DNA of 64,000 nucleotides from an uncultured Gemmatimonadales bacterium (GTDB lineage Bacteria > Gemmatimonadota > Gemmatimonadetes > Gemmatimonadales > GWC2-71-9), in assembly GCA_963771275.1 (NCBI GenBank), contig CAVYSW010000006.1, positions 96,001-160,000 on the forward strand. The letters run 5' to 3'. The notes under the pieces are model-generated. The model made no database searches. It worked only from the letters and a program-made list of their open reading frames with translations, and was not told where the DNA came from. Shown here in pieces: positions 47,628 through 55,947 of the stretch (positions are counted from its first letter, which is position 1; the number at the start of each line of letters is the position of its first letter). The translations under genes and the position numbers were made by a program.

Positions 47628-48830
47628 GTGGAAACGCAGACGCTGCAACACATCGCGCTGTTCGAGAAATGTAAGGGCTTCACCCGCGCGCGCGAGGTCC
47701 AGGCAGCGGGCCTGTACCCTTACTTCAAGCCCATCTCCAAGGCCGAGGACACGGTCGTCGTGATCGAGGGCAAGGAGCGGGTGATGATGGGGTCGAACAA
47801 CTACCTCGGCCTCACGCACCACCCGCGCGTTCTCGAGGCCGCCAAGCGGGCGCTCGAGCAGTTCGGCTCCGGCTGCACCGGCAGCCGGTTCCTGAACGGT
47901 ACGCTCGATCTGCACGAGCAGCTCGAGGCGCGCCTCGCAGAGTTTTTCGGCAAGGAGGCCGGGCTCGTCTTCTCGACCGGGTACCAGGCCAACCTCGGCG
48001 TGATCTCGGGCCTCGTGGGGCGCGGCGACATCGTCTTCCTCGACAAGCTCGATCATGCGTCGATCGTGGACGGCGCCAAGATGTCGTTCGGCGAGACCGA
48101 GCGCTTCAACCACGGCAATCTCGATCAGCTCGATCTGCTGCTGCAGCGCTACGCCGACAGCGGCAAGATGATCATCGTGGATGGCGTGTTCTCGATGGAG
48201 GGCGACATCGCGAACGTGCCGGGGCTGGTGAAGCTCGCCCAGAAGCACAGCGCGGCGCTCGCCCTCGACGATGCCCACGCCGTCGGCGTGCTCGGCCCAC
48301 GCGGGGACGGCACCGCGGCGCACTACGGCCTGACGGACCAGGTCGATCTCATCGTCGGCACGTTCTCCAAGTCGCTCGCGTCGATCGGCGGATTCGTGGT
48401 CGGTGACGAGACGGTGATTCACTACCTCAAGCACCACAGCCGGCCGCTGATCTTCACCGCCGCGCTGCCGCCCGCCAACACGGCCGGGGTGCTCGCGGCC
48501 CTCGAGATCATGATCAGCGAGCCCGAGCGCCGCGAGCAGCTGTGGGAGAACGCGCGCCAGCTGCAGAAGGGGTTCCGCGAGCTGGGCTACGACATCGGCG
48601 CCACCCAGACCCCGATCGTCCCCGTGGTGATCGGCACGCTGGAGGAGACGTTCATGTTCTGGCGGCGCCTGTTCGATGCCGGCGTGTTCACCAACCCCGT
48701 GGTCCCACCGGCGGTGCCGCCGGACGGCTGCCGCCTGCGCACGAGCCTCATGGCGACGCACACGTCCCAGCAGATCGACTTCGCCCTCGACCGGTTCGCG
48801 GCCATCGGGAAGGAAATGGGGGTCATTTGA
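47628..48830 (+). CDS. spt: Serine palmitoyltransferase (alpha-oxoamine synthase family)
   Basis: GLYPYF, GSNNYLGL, GCTGSRFLNGTLD.H, DKLDHAS, DDAH, GTFSKS; operon context. Confidence 0.85.
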   Translation: METQTLQHIALFEKCKGFTRAREVQAAGLYPYFKPISKAEDTVVVIEGKERVMMGSNNYLGLTHHPRVLEAAKRALEQFGSGCTGSRFLNGTLDLHEQLEARLAEFFGKEAGLVFSTGYQANLGVISGLVGRGDIVFLDKLDHASIVDGAKMSFGETERFNHGNLDQLDLLLQRYADSGKMIIVDGVFSMEGDIANVPGLVKLAQKHSAALALDDAHAVGVLGPRGDGTAAHYGLTDQVDLIVGTFSKSLASIGGFVVGDETVIHYLKHHSRPLIFTAALPPANTAGVLAALEIMISEPERREQLWENARQLQKGFRELGYDIGATQTPIVPVVIGTLEETFMFWRRLFDAGVFTNPVVPPAVPPDGCRLRTSLMATHTSQQIDFALDRFAAIGKEMGVI

Positions 48831-49960
48831 GCGAGGCCGCGGCGGTCCGGCCGGTACGGTCGGCCGCTGACCTACGCCGTTTCATCGCTCTACCGTACCA
48901 ATTGCACCGTGGGGACCCCTACTGGGTCCCCGCGTTGCGTCGGGACGTCCGGAAGGTGCTCGACCGGGGCAAGAACCCGTTCTTCGCGCACGCAGACGCG
49001 GAGCTGTTGCTGGCGGAGCGACGGAGCGGCGGGCGCGGCACGGTCGTCGGGCGCATCGCGGCGATCCACAACCAGGCCCACAACGACTTCCAGGGCGATC
49101 ACGCCGGGTTCTTCGGGTTCTTCGAGTGCATCGACGACCAGGGGGTCGCCAACCGGTTGTTCGACGCCGCGGCTGCCTGGCTCGAGCCCCGCGGCCTCGA
49201 CACGCTGCGGGGACCGGCCTCGTTCTCGACGAACGAGGAGTGCGGGCTGCTGGTCGACGGCTTCGACACGCCGCCGACCCTGCTGAACCCCCACAACCCG
49301 CGCTACTACGTGGGATTGGTCGAGCGCGCGGGCTTCCACAAGGCCAAGGATCTGATCCAGTACCGCCTCGAGAACCCGGAGATGCCGGAGCGGCTGATTC
49401 GGGGGGCGAAGCTGCTTGCCGAGCGGAAGCACATCACCCTCCGCCGGATCGACATGAAGCACTTCGACGCCGAAGTCGAGCAGATCAAGCGCGTGTACAA
49501 CGCGGCGTGGGAGAAGAACTGGGGCTTCGTGCCAATGACCGACGCGGAGATGGATCAACTGGCCGCGCAGCTCAAGCCCCTGGTGGTCCCCGACCTCGCC
49601 GTGTTTGCGCACCAGGGCGACAAGGTGATCGGGTTCGGGCTCGCGCTCCCCGACTTCAACGTGGCGCTCAAGACCAATCCCTCGGGCCGGTTCTTCCCCG
49701 GCATCCTCGGGATCCTGTGGGCCGCCCGCGGCATCCGCCGCATCCGCATCATCGCCCTCGGCCTGCTCAAGGAGTTCCGCGGCAGCGGCGCGGATGGCCT
49801 GCTGTATCACTGGATCTGGCAAAAGGGCTACGCGCTGGGGTATCGCTGGGGTGAGGCAGGCTGGATCCTCGAAGACAACCTCGCGATGACGAACGGACTG
49901 CTCCGCATGGGCTTCCAGCCCTACAAGACGCTGCGGATGTACGACCGCGCCCTGACGTGA
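48827..49960 (+). CDS. GNAT-fold N-acyltransferase, bacterial ceramide synthase (bCerS/YghO)-like
   Basis: WVPAL, NPFF, VGRIAA, FGFFECIDD, GLLVDGF, NPRYY, WGFVP, PDFN, WILEDN; TTG start overlaps the spt stop. Confidence 0.8.
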   Translation: MSEAAAVRPVRSAADLRRFIALPYQLHRGDPYWVPALRRDVRKVLDRGKNPFFAHADAELLLAERRSGGRGTVVGRIAAIHNQAHNDFQGDHAGFFGFFECIDDQGVANRLFDAAAAWLEPRGLDTLRGPASFSTNEECGLLVDGFDTPPTLLNPHNPRYYVGLVERAGFHKAKDLIQYRLENPEMPERLIRGAKLLAERKHITLRRIDMKHFDAEVEQIKRVYNAAWEKNWGFVPMTDAEMDQLAAQLKPLVVPDLAVFAHQGDKVIGFGLALPDFNVALKTNPSGRFFPGILGILWAARGIRRIRIIALGLLKEFRGSGADGLLYHWIWQKGYALGYRWGEAGWILEDNLAMTNGLLRMGFQPYKTLRMYDRALT

Positions 49961-50931
49961 GAGCGCTGGTGACGGGCGGGACCGGCTTCGTCGGGTCCCA
50001 CCTCGTGGAGCATCTCCTCGCCGCCGGTCACGAGGTCGTCTGCTACGCGCGAAACGCCGCCAAGGCCGAAGGCCTGTTCACCGAGCGTCGCCCCCAGGTG
50101 TTCGAGGGCTCGCTGTTCGACGGGGCCGCGCTGCGGCAGGCGATGACCGGCGCGGACGTGATCTTCCACGTCGCGGCGCTCACGGCCGCCCGCTCCCGGC
50201 GCGAGCTGTTCCGGGTCAACGAGGACGCGACGCGCCAGGTGCTCGCCGCGGCGCCGCCCGCACTGCGGCGCTTCGTCTACGTCAGCTCGCTGGCGGCGGC
50301 CGGACCGACGACCCGCGGCCGACAGCTCCAGGGCGGCGAGCCCGAGCGGCCGGTCACGCACTACGGCGCGAGCAAGCTGGCCGGCGAGCTCGCGGTGCGG
50401 GCGGCCCCGGTCCCCTGGACGGTCGTGCGGCCTCCCGCCGTGTACGGCCCGCGGGACGTGGAGCTGCTGCGGGTGTTCCGGATGGCGGCCAAGGGCGTCC
50501 TGCCGCAGTTCGGCGACGGGACGCAGGAACTGTCGCTGGTCTACGTCGAAGATCTGGCTCGCGCGCTCGCTGCCGCCGCGATCTCGCCCCAGACGGCGGG
50601 CCGGATCTACTACGCGACCCACCCGGACATCGTGCGCCAGCGTGCGCTGGCCGGCGCCATCGCCCGTGCCGTGCAGCCCGACCGCTCGCCGCTGATCATC
50701 GCGCTCCCGCTCCCGGTTGCCCGGATCGGCCTGTGGATCACGGGAGCGGCGGCGTACGTCGCGGGGCGGACCACCGTGCTCTCGCTCGACAAGGCCAACG
50801 AGTTCCTGGCGGGGGCGCTGACGTGCTCGCCAGCCGCCCTGGAGCGCGACACCGGTTGGACGGCGAGCTACTCGCTCGCGGCGGGTCTCGCCAAGACCGT
50901 CGCCTGGTACCGCGCGCAGCGATGGCTCTGA
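49957..50931 (+). CDS. NAD-dependent epimerase/dehydratase SDR, ceramide reductase (CerR)-like
   Basis: VTGGTGFVG, VSSLAA, YGASK, RPPAVYGP. Confidence 0.8.
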   Translation: MRALVTGGTGFVGSHLVEHLLAAGHEVVCYARNAAKAEGLFTERRPQVFEGSLFDGAALRQAMTGADVIFHVAALTAARSRRELFRVNEDATRQVLAAAPPALRRFVYVSSLAAAGPTTRGRQLQGGEPERPVTHYGASKLAGELAVRAAPVPWTVVRPPAVYGPRDVELLRVFRMAAKGVLPQFGDGTQELSLVYVEDLARALAAAAISPQTAGRIYYATHPDIVRQRALAGAIARAVQPDRSPLIIALPLPVARIGLWITGAAAYVAGRTTVLSLDKANEFLAGALTCSPAALERDTGWTASYSLAAGLAKTVAWYRAQRWL

Positions 50932-51797
50932 CCGCCACCGACAAACTGATCGCCGGCTATCTCGGATTCGTCACCGTGGTGCTGCTGGCGCGCGGCCCGC
51001 TCGCCGACGGCACGCCCTGGCTGCTCGCCGCGCACCTGTTGTTCGGTCTGGCGTTGCTCGCCATCCGGCGCCTGTCCCCGGGGGGCCGGGCGGGGCGCGT
51101 CGTGCATGCCTTCTACCCCCTGCTCCTGCTCAGCGCGCTCTACGGGGAGATCGGCGTGCTCAACACCCGCGTGGGCCTGGCCGCGATCCTCGGGCACGAC
51201 GCCTTGCTCCAGCGCTGGGAGGCGGCGGTCTTCGGCACGCAGGTGTCGTACGAGTGGATTCGCCAGGCGCCTTCGGTGTTCTGGTCGGGCGTGCTGCACG
51301 CGGCCTACGCGTCGTACTACCCGATGATCCTGCTGCCGGCCCCGCTCCTCGCGGCACGGGGCGACTGGGACGGCGCGCGGCGCGTCGTGTTCACGATGCT
51401 GCTGGCGTACGTGGCGTGCTACCTGGTGTTCCTGCTGTACCCGGTGGCGGGGCCCAACTATGCGTTCCCGCACCCGACCGGAGCGGTGCGCGAGGTGTGG
51501 AGCGCCCGGCTGGTGTACGCCGTGCTGAGCCGGGGGTCGTCGGTCGGTGCGGCGTTCCCTTCCTCGCACGTCGCCGCCACCGTCGCCGCCGTCGTGGCCG
51601 TGTGGCGCGCGTGGCGCCCGCTCGGCGCCGTGCTCGTCATTCCGGGCATCCTGCTCACGGTCGGCGTGGTCTACTGCCAGATGCACTATGGGCTCGATGC
51701 GCTGGCCGGGGCCGCCGTGGGAGGCGCCGCCGCGATGCTCGCCCCGCGGCTGTGGACCGCGTGGTCGGGCATGCGCGCCACCACCGCCCTCGCCTGA
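50922..51797 (+). CDS. PAP2_3 / Aur1-like inositol-phosphorylceramide synthase family membrane protein
   Basis: YASYY, YPVAGP, AFPSSHV, HYGLD; multiple TM segments. Confidence 0.75.
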   Translation: MALTATDKLIAGYLGFVTVVLLARGPLADGTPWLLAAHLLFGLALLAIRRLSPGGRAGRVVHAFYPLLLLSALYGEIGVLNTRVGLAAILGHDALLQRWEAAVFGTQVSYEWIRQAPSVFWSGVLHAAYASYYPMILLPAPLLAARGDWDGARRVVFTMLLAYVACYLVFLLYPVAGPNYAFPHPTGAVREVWSARLVYAVLSRGSSVGAAFPSSHVAATVAAVVAVWRAWRPLGAVLVIPGILLTVGVVYCQMHYGLDALAGAAVGGAAAMLAPRLWTAWSGMRATTALA

Positions 51798-51896
51798 TCG
51801 TCACCTGAACGACGGGCGGCGGTCGGTCGGATCCGGCGCACGACACTGCCGCTCGCCCCGGGACCTGCATGCGGGCCGGGCGGCGGGATGAGTCCG

Positions 51897-52583
51897 TCAG
51901 CCGCCGTTCGGTGACGCGGCCGGGGCGCTCCCCCCCCGCTTCCGCACCATCCAGATCACCAGGTACAAGGCGATCGTGCCGAACGCGACGGCCGACAGCA
52001 CGGGTGCGCTGACGTGCCAATACAGGCCGAGCGCCGCGAAGAACCAGAGGCGCGGGAACCGGCCGAGGAACGTGGCGAACAGGTAACGGCGGATGGGGTA
52101 GCCGGCGAGCGGCGCGACCACCCGCACCGCCCAATACGGGAGCGGCGACCAGGCGCAGAGCCAGACCGTGAAGAATGGTGCCCGCTCGAACAGGCGGACG
52201 GTCATCCGCACGAAGTGGCTCTCACGCGCAGGAGAGAACGACGCGAGGTGCAGTACCCGCCCGTAGAGGTGGAAGTTGAGGAATTCGACGTAGAGAATCC
52301 CGAGAATGCCGACGACCGCGATCAGCCACGGGGCGTAGATCCGGCCGAACAGCATCAAAATCGGCTCGTAGGTCGCCGGCATGAAGAAGCCGAGCGGCCC
52401 ATTCACCCAGATCGTGACGACGGTGAACGCGACGAGGCCGGCCGCGGTCGGGGACCCGAGCAGCATCACCCCGATCCCGGCGAGCGCGAGCGCGGCCGAG
52501 CCCCGGAGCAGCCCGTCCCACACGAAATTGCCGTGGCGACGGAGCAGGAGGCCAAGGATGCCCGGCGCGCGGGCGGCGGTCAC
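51897..52583 (-). CDS. DedA/VTT (SNARE-associated) membrane protein
   Basis: PATYEP, WSPLPY, FLGRFPR; hydrophobic. Confidence 0.7.
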   Translation of the reverse strand: MTAARAPGILGLLLRRHGNFVWDGLLRGSAALALAGIGVMLLGSPTAAGLVAFTVVTIWVNGPLGFFMPATYEPILMLFGRIYAPWLIAVVGILGILYVEFLNFHLYGRVLHLASFSPARESHFVRMTVRLFERAPFFTVWLCAWSPLPYWAVRVVAPLAGYPIRRYLFATFLGRFPRLWFFAALGLYWHVSAPVLSAVAFGTIALYLVIWMVRKRGGSAPAASPNGG

Positions 52584-54007
52584 CCGGGCCCGCCGGTCTC
52601 GGGGAGTACCCCGTCGATGCCCTGCGGCACCGTGACGCCGAGGTGGTCGAGCATCAACGGGAAGAGATCAGCCGTGCGGAGCGGGCCGCGCAGCGGGACG
52701 TTGCTCGCCAGGAGGCACCGCATGTGCTCGCGGTGCAGCGATCCGTGACCGGATCGGTGCTCGGGGATCTCCCAGTCGCGGCGCAGGTCCGCGCCCTCGG
52801 CGGCGATCACCACCAGGTCCCCGGTGCGGCCGGAGCGGAACAGCTGGAGCAGTTGCGTCGGGGCGTCGGGGAAGCGCGCGTCGATGGTGCTGGCGAGCCA
52901 GGCGCGGTCGGAGCGCGTCGCGGCCGGGCCGAGCTCGAGCACATCGGCCGTTGCGGGCTCGTACGCGGTCCCGCCCGGCGCCTGGTGCAGGCGGGCGCGC
53001 CCGTCCCGTGAGACCACGGTCACGCCGTCGCCATCGCTGCCCGCCACCAGCGCGATGCCGGGACGTGTGGCAAGATGCTGCACGGCGTGGCGCGGAATGC
53101 CGGGCACGGCGCCGGCCTCGACCTCGCCGATCGTGAAGCGCCGCTCGCGGCGGCGGCCGGGCAGCCAGTACACCTGGACGGACGCGTTGCCGGACACCAT
53201 TACCGCCGCCAGGGGATCGCGGCGCCAGATGATCGGGTGACGCAGCGTGGCCAGCCCCATGCCCTCGAGCGCCAACGCCACATCGGTGTGGCGGTCCACC
53301 CGTGACAGGCCGTGATCGCTCACCAGCAGGGTGAGGTGGTCACCGGTAAAGCCGCCCGCCGCCGCGTAGTCGCCCACCAGCCGGTCGAACTCGCGGTAGG
53401 TTGCGAGCACGGCCGGGTGGCGCGGGTCATGGAAATGCGTGACGCCATCGACGCCGGGGAAGACGGCGAAGACGAAGCGGTGGCGTTCGCGCGCCACCGC
53501 GGCGAGCGCGCGTCCCACGGCCCGCTCGAGCGTGCCGTAGCCGCCGGTGTAGTGGGCCAGGCCGCCCCACAGCTTCCGGGCTCCGGCGGCGCGCTCGCGG
53601 CTGGGGCCGAGGCCCCGCACGAACGGGGAGCACAGCGCGACCGATTCGGGAATCAGATCGAACAGGGTCGCGATACCGGGTCGGAGATCGGTGTTGAGCT
53701 GGCCGCCCTGATAGCCGCAGTAGCTGCGCAGATGCCGGCGATCATGCCACCAGTCGCCGCCGTAGCGCGCGACGTCGAGCCAGCGGATCCCCGGTACGTC
53801 GCAGGTCCCGGGATAGCAGCCAGTGAGGAACGGGAGATACGCGACGCCGGTGGTGGACGGAAACACCGTGGCCGCGGGAACGGTCCCGCCCGGCTCGAGC
53901 AGGTAGCGCGCGATGTTCGGCAGGTCGCCGCGGGCCGCGAGGTCCGCGAACACATCGTGCCGCGCGCCGTCGAGCAGCAGCACGACCGCCCGACGATCGG
54001 CGTGCAC
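52580..54007 (-). CDS. Alkaline phosphatase / nucleotide pyrophosphatase family
   Basis: LLDGAR, FPSTT, DGVTH, SDHG, HGSL. Confidence 0.85.
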   Translation of the reverse strand: MHADRRAVVLLLDGARHDVFADLAARGDLPNIARYLLEPGGTVPAATVFPSTTGVAYLPFLTGCYPGTCDVPGIRWLDVARYGGDWWHDRRHLRSYCGYQGGQLNTDLRPGIATLFDLIPESVALCSPFVRGLGPSRERAAGARKLWGGLAHYTGGYGTLERAVGRALAAVARERHRFVFAVFPGVDGVTHFHDPRHPAVLATYREFDRLVGDYAAAGGFTGDHLTLLVSDHGLSRVDRHTDVALALEGMGLATLRHPIIWRRDPLAAVMVSGNASVQVYWLPGRRRERRFTIGEVEAGAVPGIPRHAVQHLATRPGIALVAGSDGDGVTVVSRDGRARLHQAPGGTAYEPATADVLELGPAATRSDRAWLASTIDARFPDAPTQLLQLFRSGRTGDLVVIAAEGADLRRDWEIPEHRSGHGSLHREHMRCLLASNVPLRGPLRTADLFPLMLDHLGVTVPQGIDGVLPETGGPG

Positions 54008-54477
54008 TAGCGGACGATGGTGAGCTGCGCCTTCATGCCCAGCATCTCATGCGGCGTGCAGTAGTAGCCGTACACGCCGGCGGGCAGGTCCGCGAACGAG
54101 ACCTCGTACGTCTGGCCCGGCCGCTCCAGCAGGGGCCCCGTGAGCTCGGTCAGCCGGTTGGGCATCGTTGCGTCGAGCAGCTGCGCGGCGCCAGTCGGGA
54201 TCTGATTCGCGTAGAACGCCACGTTGTGCATGCCGCCGCTCACGTTGACCCAGCGCACCACGTCGCCCACCCGGATGGTGAGCGCGGCGGGCTCGAAGAC
54301 GAAGCGCCCGTCGGGCGTTTCCATCATCCTCACCTCGCGAACGGTCGCGGTCCCGGACGTGGTCGCCGTCGCCGCCTGCGGCTGACCGGCCGACGGCATC
54401 TGGCCCTCCGTCTCGCCCCGGGGCCCGCGTCCACACGCCACCGCTGCCGCAGCAACGGTCACCACGAGCACTCGCAT
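54007..54477 (-). CDS. Plastocyanin/azurin-family blue copper lipoprotein
   Basis: FEPAALTI..GD.V.W, HNV, YCTPH..GM. Confidence 0.9.
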   Translation of the reverse strand: MRVLVVTVAAAAVACGRGPRGETEGQMPSAGQPQAATATTSGTATVREVRMMETPDGRFVFEPAALTIRVGDVVRWVNVSGGMHNVAFYANQIPTGAAQLLDATMPNRLTELTGPLLERPGQTYEVSFADLPAGVYGYYCTPHEMLGMKAQLTIVR

Positions 54478-54637
54478 CGCGACTCCCTCGCTCGATCCCC
54501 ATCATGACTTGCCCCGCCACGCGCCGCGGCGCGGCGGGGCCGACCTTCTGAACGCGGCCAGAACATACTCAGCCTCCTGACCGGGGGCCAGAGGACAGGG
54601 TTGCAAACGCGGCCACAGGACCGTTTCTTACTCTCCC

Positions 54638-55015
54638 ATGCGCGCTCGCGCCGTTCTCGGACCCGCGATGATTCTCGTGGCAGGTGGATGCGCCTTCTTG
54701 GGATTCGGCCCCACGATGTCACTGATCGAGGGTTGGGCCGTGACGGCCGACGGCCAACAGCCGCTGGCGCAGGCCGAGGTGTGTGCCTTTGGTCGGGACA
54801 CGGTGTGTGTGCGGGCGGACCACAAGGGGCGATACACGCTGCGGCTCGCAGCGCAGAGTACCTGGCTGCGCTTCCGATGGGGCACGCTGCCGATGGCGAT
54901 GACCGACACGATCGAGGTCGTTCCCCCGCAGAAGTACACGGTGAGCTGCGCGCTGAGGACCGTCATGGTCCTCTCGGAGCGCCCCCAGCCCTGTCAGCCG
55001 GTGACGGCCCGGTGA
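54638..55015 (+). CDS. Hypothetical exported protein
   Basis: Signal/lipobox-like N-terminus; GTGA coupling to the next gene. Confidence 0.55.
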   Translation: MRARAVLGPAMILVAGGCAFLGFGPTMSLIEGWAVTADGQQPLAQAEVCAFGRDTVCVRADHKGRYTLRLAAQSTWLRFRWGTLPMAMTDTIEVVPPQKYTVSCALRTVMVLSERPQPCQPVTAR

Positions 55016-55017
55016 GC

Positions 55018-55875
55018 ATGGGGGTCCCCGACTGCGCGTGGCTCGGGCGCCACTGTCGTGCGCTGCCCGTCACCCTCCGCATCGCCGCGCTCGACGAAGA
55101 TGCCCCAGACGAACAGGACGCGCTCGCCACGTGGCTGCTGGGCCACACGGAGCGCATCGCGTTCGGCACGCCGTACGTGCGCGGTCGCGACCTGCTGGTC
55201 GAGGCCGTGATTCACGTGCCATGCCGCCATCTGACCGGACCCGGGGCGCCGACGGGCGGCAACGGAAGCCGTCCCCATCGCCAGAACGGGGGGAGGCCGG
55301 AGACCGGGGAGGACGTGCGCTGTGCGGCACACGGCTTCCAGGGGGTGCTGGAGGCGGCGACGCCCCCGACGCCGCCGAGTTATCGTCACGGGGAGCAGCG
55401 CTTCACGATCGTCCACGAGGGCCGCCGCCAGCAGCTCGACCTACCCGCGCCGCCACCCGCGCGGCGCGCGCTCCCGGTGCTCGAGGGGGCGAACCCCTGC
55501 TCCACCGCCGCGTGCCGCACGTCCGACAACACCCGCGGCGCGGCATGCTGCCGGGACCTGACGCTCGACGTGATCGCGCCGGAGGGAGAGAGCCGCGACC
55601 TCGAGGACCTGCTCCGCAACCGGAAGCTCCCCTACCTGTGCAAGGTCACCCGCGCGGACCCGAGCACGATCGAGTGCGAGGTGATCTCGGCGTGCGGGTA
55701 CCTGGAGAGCGACGGGGTGAGCTGTGGCCTGCACGACCGTACCCGGCCCGACGGGCGCCCCGCCAAGCCGATGGTCTGCAGCGAATGGCCCGGTCCGGAC
55801 GACGACGAGGAGTTCGCCGGCCACCCCGGGTGCGTCTTCTTGAAGGAAGGAACGCGGCAGCAGGCCCCGGGGTGA
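55018..55875 (+). CDS. YkgJ-like Cys-cluster (Fe-S/Zn) protein
   Basis: PCRHL..RCAAHG; CSTAAC..ACCRDL; CGYL..CGLH..KP.VC..WP. Confidence 0.65.
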   Translation: MGVPDCAWLGRHCRALPVTLRIAALDEDAPDEQDALATWLLGHTERIAFGTPYVRGRDLLVEAVIHVPCRHLTGPGAPTGGNGSRPHRQNGGRPETGEDVRCAAHGFQGVLEAATPPTPPSYRHGEQRFTIVHEGRRQQLDLPAPPPARRALPVLEGANPCSTAACRTSDNTRGAACCRDLTLDVIAPEGESRDLEDLLRNRKLPYLCKVTRADPSTIECEVISACGYLESDGVSCGLHDRTRPDGRPAKPMVCSEWPGPDDDEEFAGHPGCVFLKEGTRQQAPG

Positions 55876-55893
55876 TCCCCCCGGGCCCCCGTG

Positions 55894-55919
55894 TGCAACT
55901 TCGCCCGCCTTGGACGTCT
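55894..55919 (+). promoter_or_regulatory. Candidate ECF-sigma promoter
   Basis: TGCAAC-N15-CGTCT ahead of the VIT/ECF/anti-sigma operon. Confidence 0.35.
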
Positions 55920-55947
55920 CCCACTGTGACCTTCGCCGGGAGACTTC

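Noticed and set aside
47628..48830. bioF or kbl assignment
   Set aside because: No biotin or tdh genes nearby; the N-terminal GLYPYF, the GSRFLNGT motif and the GNAT/SDR neighbours fit Spt better.
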